This document shows positions 18,362 to 20,000 of a stretch of DNA of 20,000 nucleotides, in pieces. Numbering within the stretch: position 1 is the first letter of the stretch; each line of letters starts with the position of its first letter. The notes beneath the pieces are model-generated. The model saw nothing but the letters and a program-made list of their open reading frames with translations, ran no database searches and was not told the DNA's origin. Origin of the DNA: an uncultured virus (IMG/VR IMGVR_UViG_3300033143_002397) (lineage: Duplodnaviria; Heunggongvirae; Uroviricota; Caudoviricetes); the IMG/VR virus record IMGVR_UViG_3300033143_002397, one strand, 5' to 3'. The position numbers and the translations under genes are program-made.

Positions 18362-18595
18362 CTAAGGCCGGGCCGCCATCTTGCGACGAGTTTCCTCGGA
18401 GGGATTCTCATCCGGTAGAGCTGGCCAGCCGTGGTCATCGACGTGCAGCTTCATGGCCTTGGCTGACGCTCGCCACTTCAGCCGAATACCGTCGTGAAGC
18501 TCGTCCCACGGAGTCACAGGAGGGTCACACCGAGTGGCGTAAGCAGCGTAGCCGACACGAGCGAGGTCCATGAAGGGGTCGTTGCTGTAGGGCAT
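18362..18595 (-). CDS. Hypothetical protein
   Basis: 77 aa, MPYSNDPFMDLARVGYAAY...PWDEL....RLKW; this ATG lies 11 nt after a YGGTGTA box (alternative ATG at 18607). Confidence 0.65.
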   Translation of the reverse strand: MPYSNDPFMDLARVGYAAYATRCDPPVTPWDELHDGIRLKWRASAKAMKLHVDDHGWPALPDENPSEETRRKMAARP

Positions 18596-18616
18596 GAGCC
18601 TCTTCATACACCAGGG

Positions 18617-18689
18617 CCTCCCTGGCTGGAATCGAACCAGCGACCTCGTGGTCCGCAACCACGCGCTCTATCCGCTGAGCTACAGAGAG
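18617..18689 (-). tRNA. tRNA-Arg(GCG)
   Basis: CGUGG-UU-GCG-GA-CCACG; A20 present; no encoded CCA. Confidence 0.92.
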
Positions 18690-18694
18690 ATGGG

Positions 18695-18748
18695 CTTGTC
18701 TAAAAGGGCCGACTTGACCTGTTGATCAAGCAGGACCTTTTAAACAAG
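18695..18748 (-). repeat. 23-bp imperfect inverted repeat forming a long hairpin between two tRNA-Arg genes
   Basis: CTTGTCTAAAAGGGCCGACTTGA-N8-TCAAGCAGGACCTTTTAAACAAG; two of the four mismatches become G.U pairs on the minus strand. Confidence 0.8.
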
Positions 18749-18749
18749 T

Positions 18750-18825
18750 TGGCACCCACGGAGGGAGTCGAACCCCCAACCGACGGCTTCGAAGGCCGCT
18801 GCGCTATCCATTGTGCTACGTGGGC
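18750..18825 (-). tRNA. tRNA-Arg(TCG)
   Basis: GCGGC-CU-UCG-AA-GCCGU; CCA encoded. Confidence 0.93.
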
Positions 18826-18828
18826 ATG

Positions 18829-18905
18829 TGGCGTCCCCAGCCGGACTCGAACCGGCGTTTGCTGATCGAGAGTCAGCGATCCTGGGCCAGCTAGATGATG
18901 GGGAC
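18829..18905 (-). tRNA. tRNA-Glu(CTC)
   Basis: GUCCCCA/UGGGGAC acceptor; GCUGA-CU-CUC-GA-UCAGC; CCA encoded. Confidence 0.92.
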
Positions 18906-18934
18906 TTGACTTAGGGTGTAGGTCCGTGTAGGGT
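18906..18934 (+). promoter_or_regulatory. Candidate sigma70-type promoter TTGACT-N17-TAGGGT
   Basis: -35 at 18906-18911 and -10 at 18929-18934, upstream of ORF 18963. Confidence 0.5.
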
Positions 18935-18957
18935 TGGGTGTAGGTCCGTGTAGGGTT
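18914..18957 (+). repeat. Perfect 22-bp tandem repeat (GGGTGTAGGTCCGTGTAGGGTT x2)
   Basis: Read directly: 18914-18935 and 18936-18957. Confidence 0.9.
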
Positions 18958-18962
18958 ATGTC

Positions 18963-19130
18963 ATGAAAGGTACTACATCAGATTGGTTCAAAACACTCAC
19001 CCTGCGAGCGATGAAAGACCTCGTGTGCTTGCTGTTTGACCTCGACGGCAAGGCCCGAGGCCACCGGCACTACGAGCTGTTCAAAGAGCTGCGGTTACGC
19101 CTCGACGACGAGTACCACGGGCTCAAGTGA
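18963..19130 (+). CDS. Small hypothetical protein (55 aa)
   Basis: Below the ORF-track cutoff: MKGTTSDWFKTLTLRAMKDLVCLLFDLDGKARGHRHYELFKELRLRLDDEYHGLK; its stop abuts the tRNA-Arg(TCT) 3' end. Confidence 0.55.
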   Translation: MKGTTSDWFKTLTLRAMKDLVCLLFDLDGKARGHRHYELFKELRLRLDDEYHGLK

Positions 19131-19205
19131 TGGCACCCTCGGTAGGATTCGAACCTACGCTCTGCGGTTTAGAAGACCGCCGCCTTTCCGCTTGGCTACG
19201 AGGGC
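19131..19205 (-). tRNA. tRNA-Arg(TCT)
   Basis: GCGGU-CU-UCU-AA-ACCGC; CCA encoded. Confidence 0.93.
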
Positions 19206-19369
19206 ACACCGCCGCCCGGCCAGGCGACGGGATCTTCAGTAGGAGCCCCATGGAGAGGTCAGAGCCCTTTCCTTCCGGCCCCCACTCCTTCTCTCAGGGG
19301 ACCAGCAGCACCCGCAGGCTTAAAGGCCCCGGTGTGACGGCGATGACCGCCAGGGCCGCTAGGCCCCAG
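19206..19369 (-). ncRNA. Candidate unassigned structured RNA between tRNA-Cys and tRNA-Arg
   Basis: At least four G.U-containing stems that form preferentially on the minus strand; no credible ORF; see findings. Confidence 0.5.
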
Positions 19370-19441
19370 AGGCGTGGGCGGGGATCGAACCCGCGTATGG
19401 TGGTGTTGCAGACCACTGCCTTTCCGCTTGGCTACCACGCC
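19370..19441 (-). tRNA. tRNA-Cys(GCA)
   Basis: GUGGU-CU-GCA-AC-ACCAC; U73 discriminator; no encoded CCA. Confidence 0.93.
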
Positions 19442-19468
19442 AGGATGTTTCGATGAGGGGCCTAGGAC

Positions 19469-19738
19469 ATGGACATGGTCACACGAGTGGTGCGACGCTT
19501 CATGGCTTTCAAGTACGTGCCGAAAGAGAAGAAGAAGGCGAAGGTGGACCGCCTCACGAAGGTCATCCGAGAGAAGACCGGCGTGAGCCGTGGGACCGCC
19601 GAGGACATCGCCGACGCCATCGTGCGAAACCGCGATGTCGAACGCCTGGCACGCCAAAAGAGCTGGCCCATCGAGGACGGAACCATCGAAGGGCCGAAGG
19701 GCCAGATCACGATCAAGGCTATACGGGACCAGCTGTGA
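19469..19738 (+). CDS. Hypothetical basic protein
   Basis: 89-aa ORF coupled (GTGA) to the next gene. Confidence 0.7.
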   Translation: MDMVTRVVRRFMAFKYVPKEKKKAKVDRLTKVIREKTGVSRGTAEDIADAIVRNRDVERLARQKSWPIEDGTIEGPKGQITIKAIRDQL

Positions 19739-20000
19739 GGATCCTGATCGTCGAGGACAACCCCGCCGACCGCGAACTACTCGTCTTCACGCTCCAAGAG
19801 CACTTCAAGACTGAGGCCAAGTTCCGCGAAGCATACGACCTGGAGGGAGCCCACAGCTACCTCCAGCGAGGTGGGGTTGACGCTGTCGTCCTCGACCTCC
19901 AGCTACCAGACAGCTCGGGCCTCGATACCTTCACGAGGATCCACAAGGCGTACCCTCATCTGCCCATCATCGTTGTGACCCACAACATCGACCTGGACCT
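19735..20000 (+). CDS. Response regulator receiver domain (runs off the right end); paralogue of 15735-16685
   Basis: Manual translation from GTG 19735: MRILIVEDNPADRELL...VDAVVLDLQLPDSSGLDTF...YPHLPIIVVTHN. Confidence 0.9.
   Translation, partial: MRILIVEDNPADRELLVFTLQEHFKTEAKFREAYDLEGAHSYLQRGGVDAVVLDLQLPDSSGLDTFTRIHKAYPHLPIIVVTHNIDLD

Noticed and set aside
19131..19205. Possible suppressor tRNA (CUA in the loop region) implying stop-codon recoding
   Set aside because: The 5-bp stem GCGGU/ACCGC centres the anticodon on UCU (Arg), and TAG is used as a normal stop in several genes here.
19220..19354. Patchy resemblance of the unassigned RNA to 5S rRNA (CCUGGCGGUCAUCGC, UUAAGCC...GCUGGU, GAGAGAAGG, UCGCCUGG)
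   Set aside because: The conserved CCGAAC loop C and helix III are missing, the spacing is wrong, and alternative hairpins pair better; not called without a covariance-model hit. 6S RNA, glycine/TPP riboswitch and hammerhead patterns were also incomplete.

Overview
GC-rich, densely packed window that looks like part of a jumbo phage or other large extrachromosomal element rather than a bacterial chromosome. A myxobacterium-like host is a weak inference. Positions 1-13 kb form a minus-strand block: NAD-dependent DNA ligase (5' part), class II ribonucleotide reductase, Pol III clamp-loader delta and delta', GroEL with no adjacent GroES, RtcB, a DUF1508/YegP-repeat lipoprotein, an HNH nuclease and many small orphan ORFs. 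Positions 13.1-19.4 kb form a minus-strand RNA island with 13 tRNAs and versions of three bacterial housekeeping RNAs: tmRNA (tag ANDNASALGIAA), a truncated SRP-RNA-like hairpin, and a type A RNase P RNA directly abutting a tRNA-Leu. The island also holds at least one unexplained ~160-nt structured RNA. Inserted on the opposite strand is a two-component module (membrane-anchored receiver protein, PAS histidine kinase, Rcp1-like receiver), and a paralogous receiver gene runs off the right end. A single-box motif, YGGTGTA, lies 9-12 nt upstream of many minus-strand starts and ahead of two ncRNAs, so it is probably an element-specific promoter. A Lys-rich micro-ORF (MKKKKRLR) precedes the larger HNH gene. 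All calls come from manual reading and motif recognition; no searches were run.
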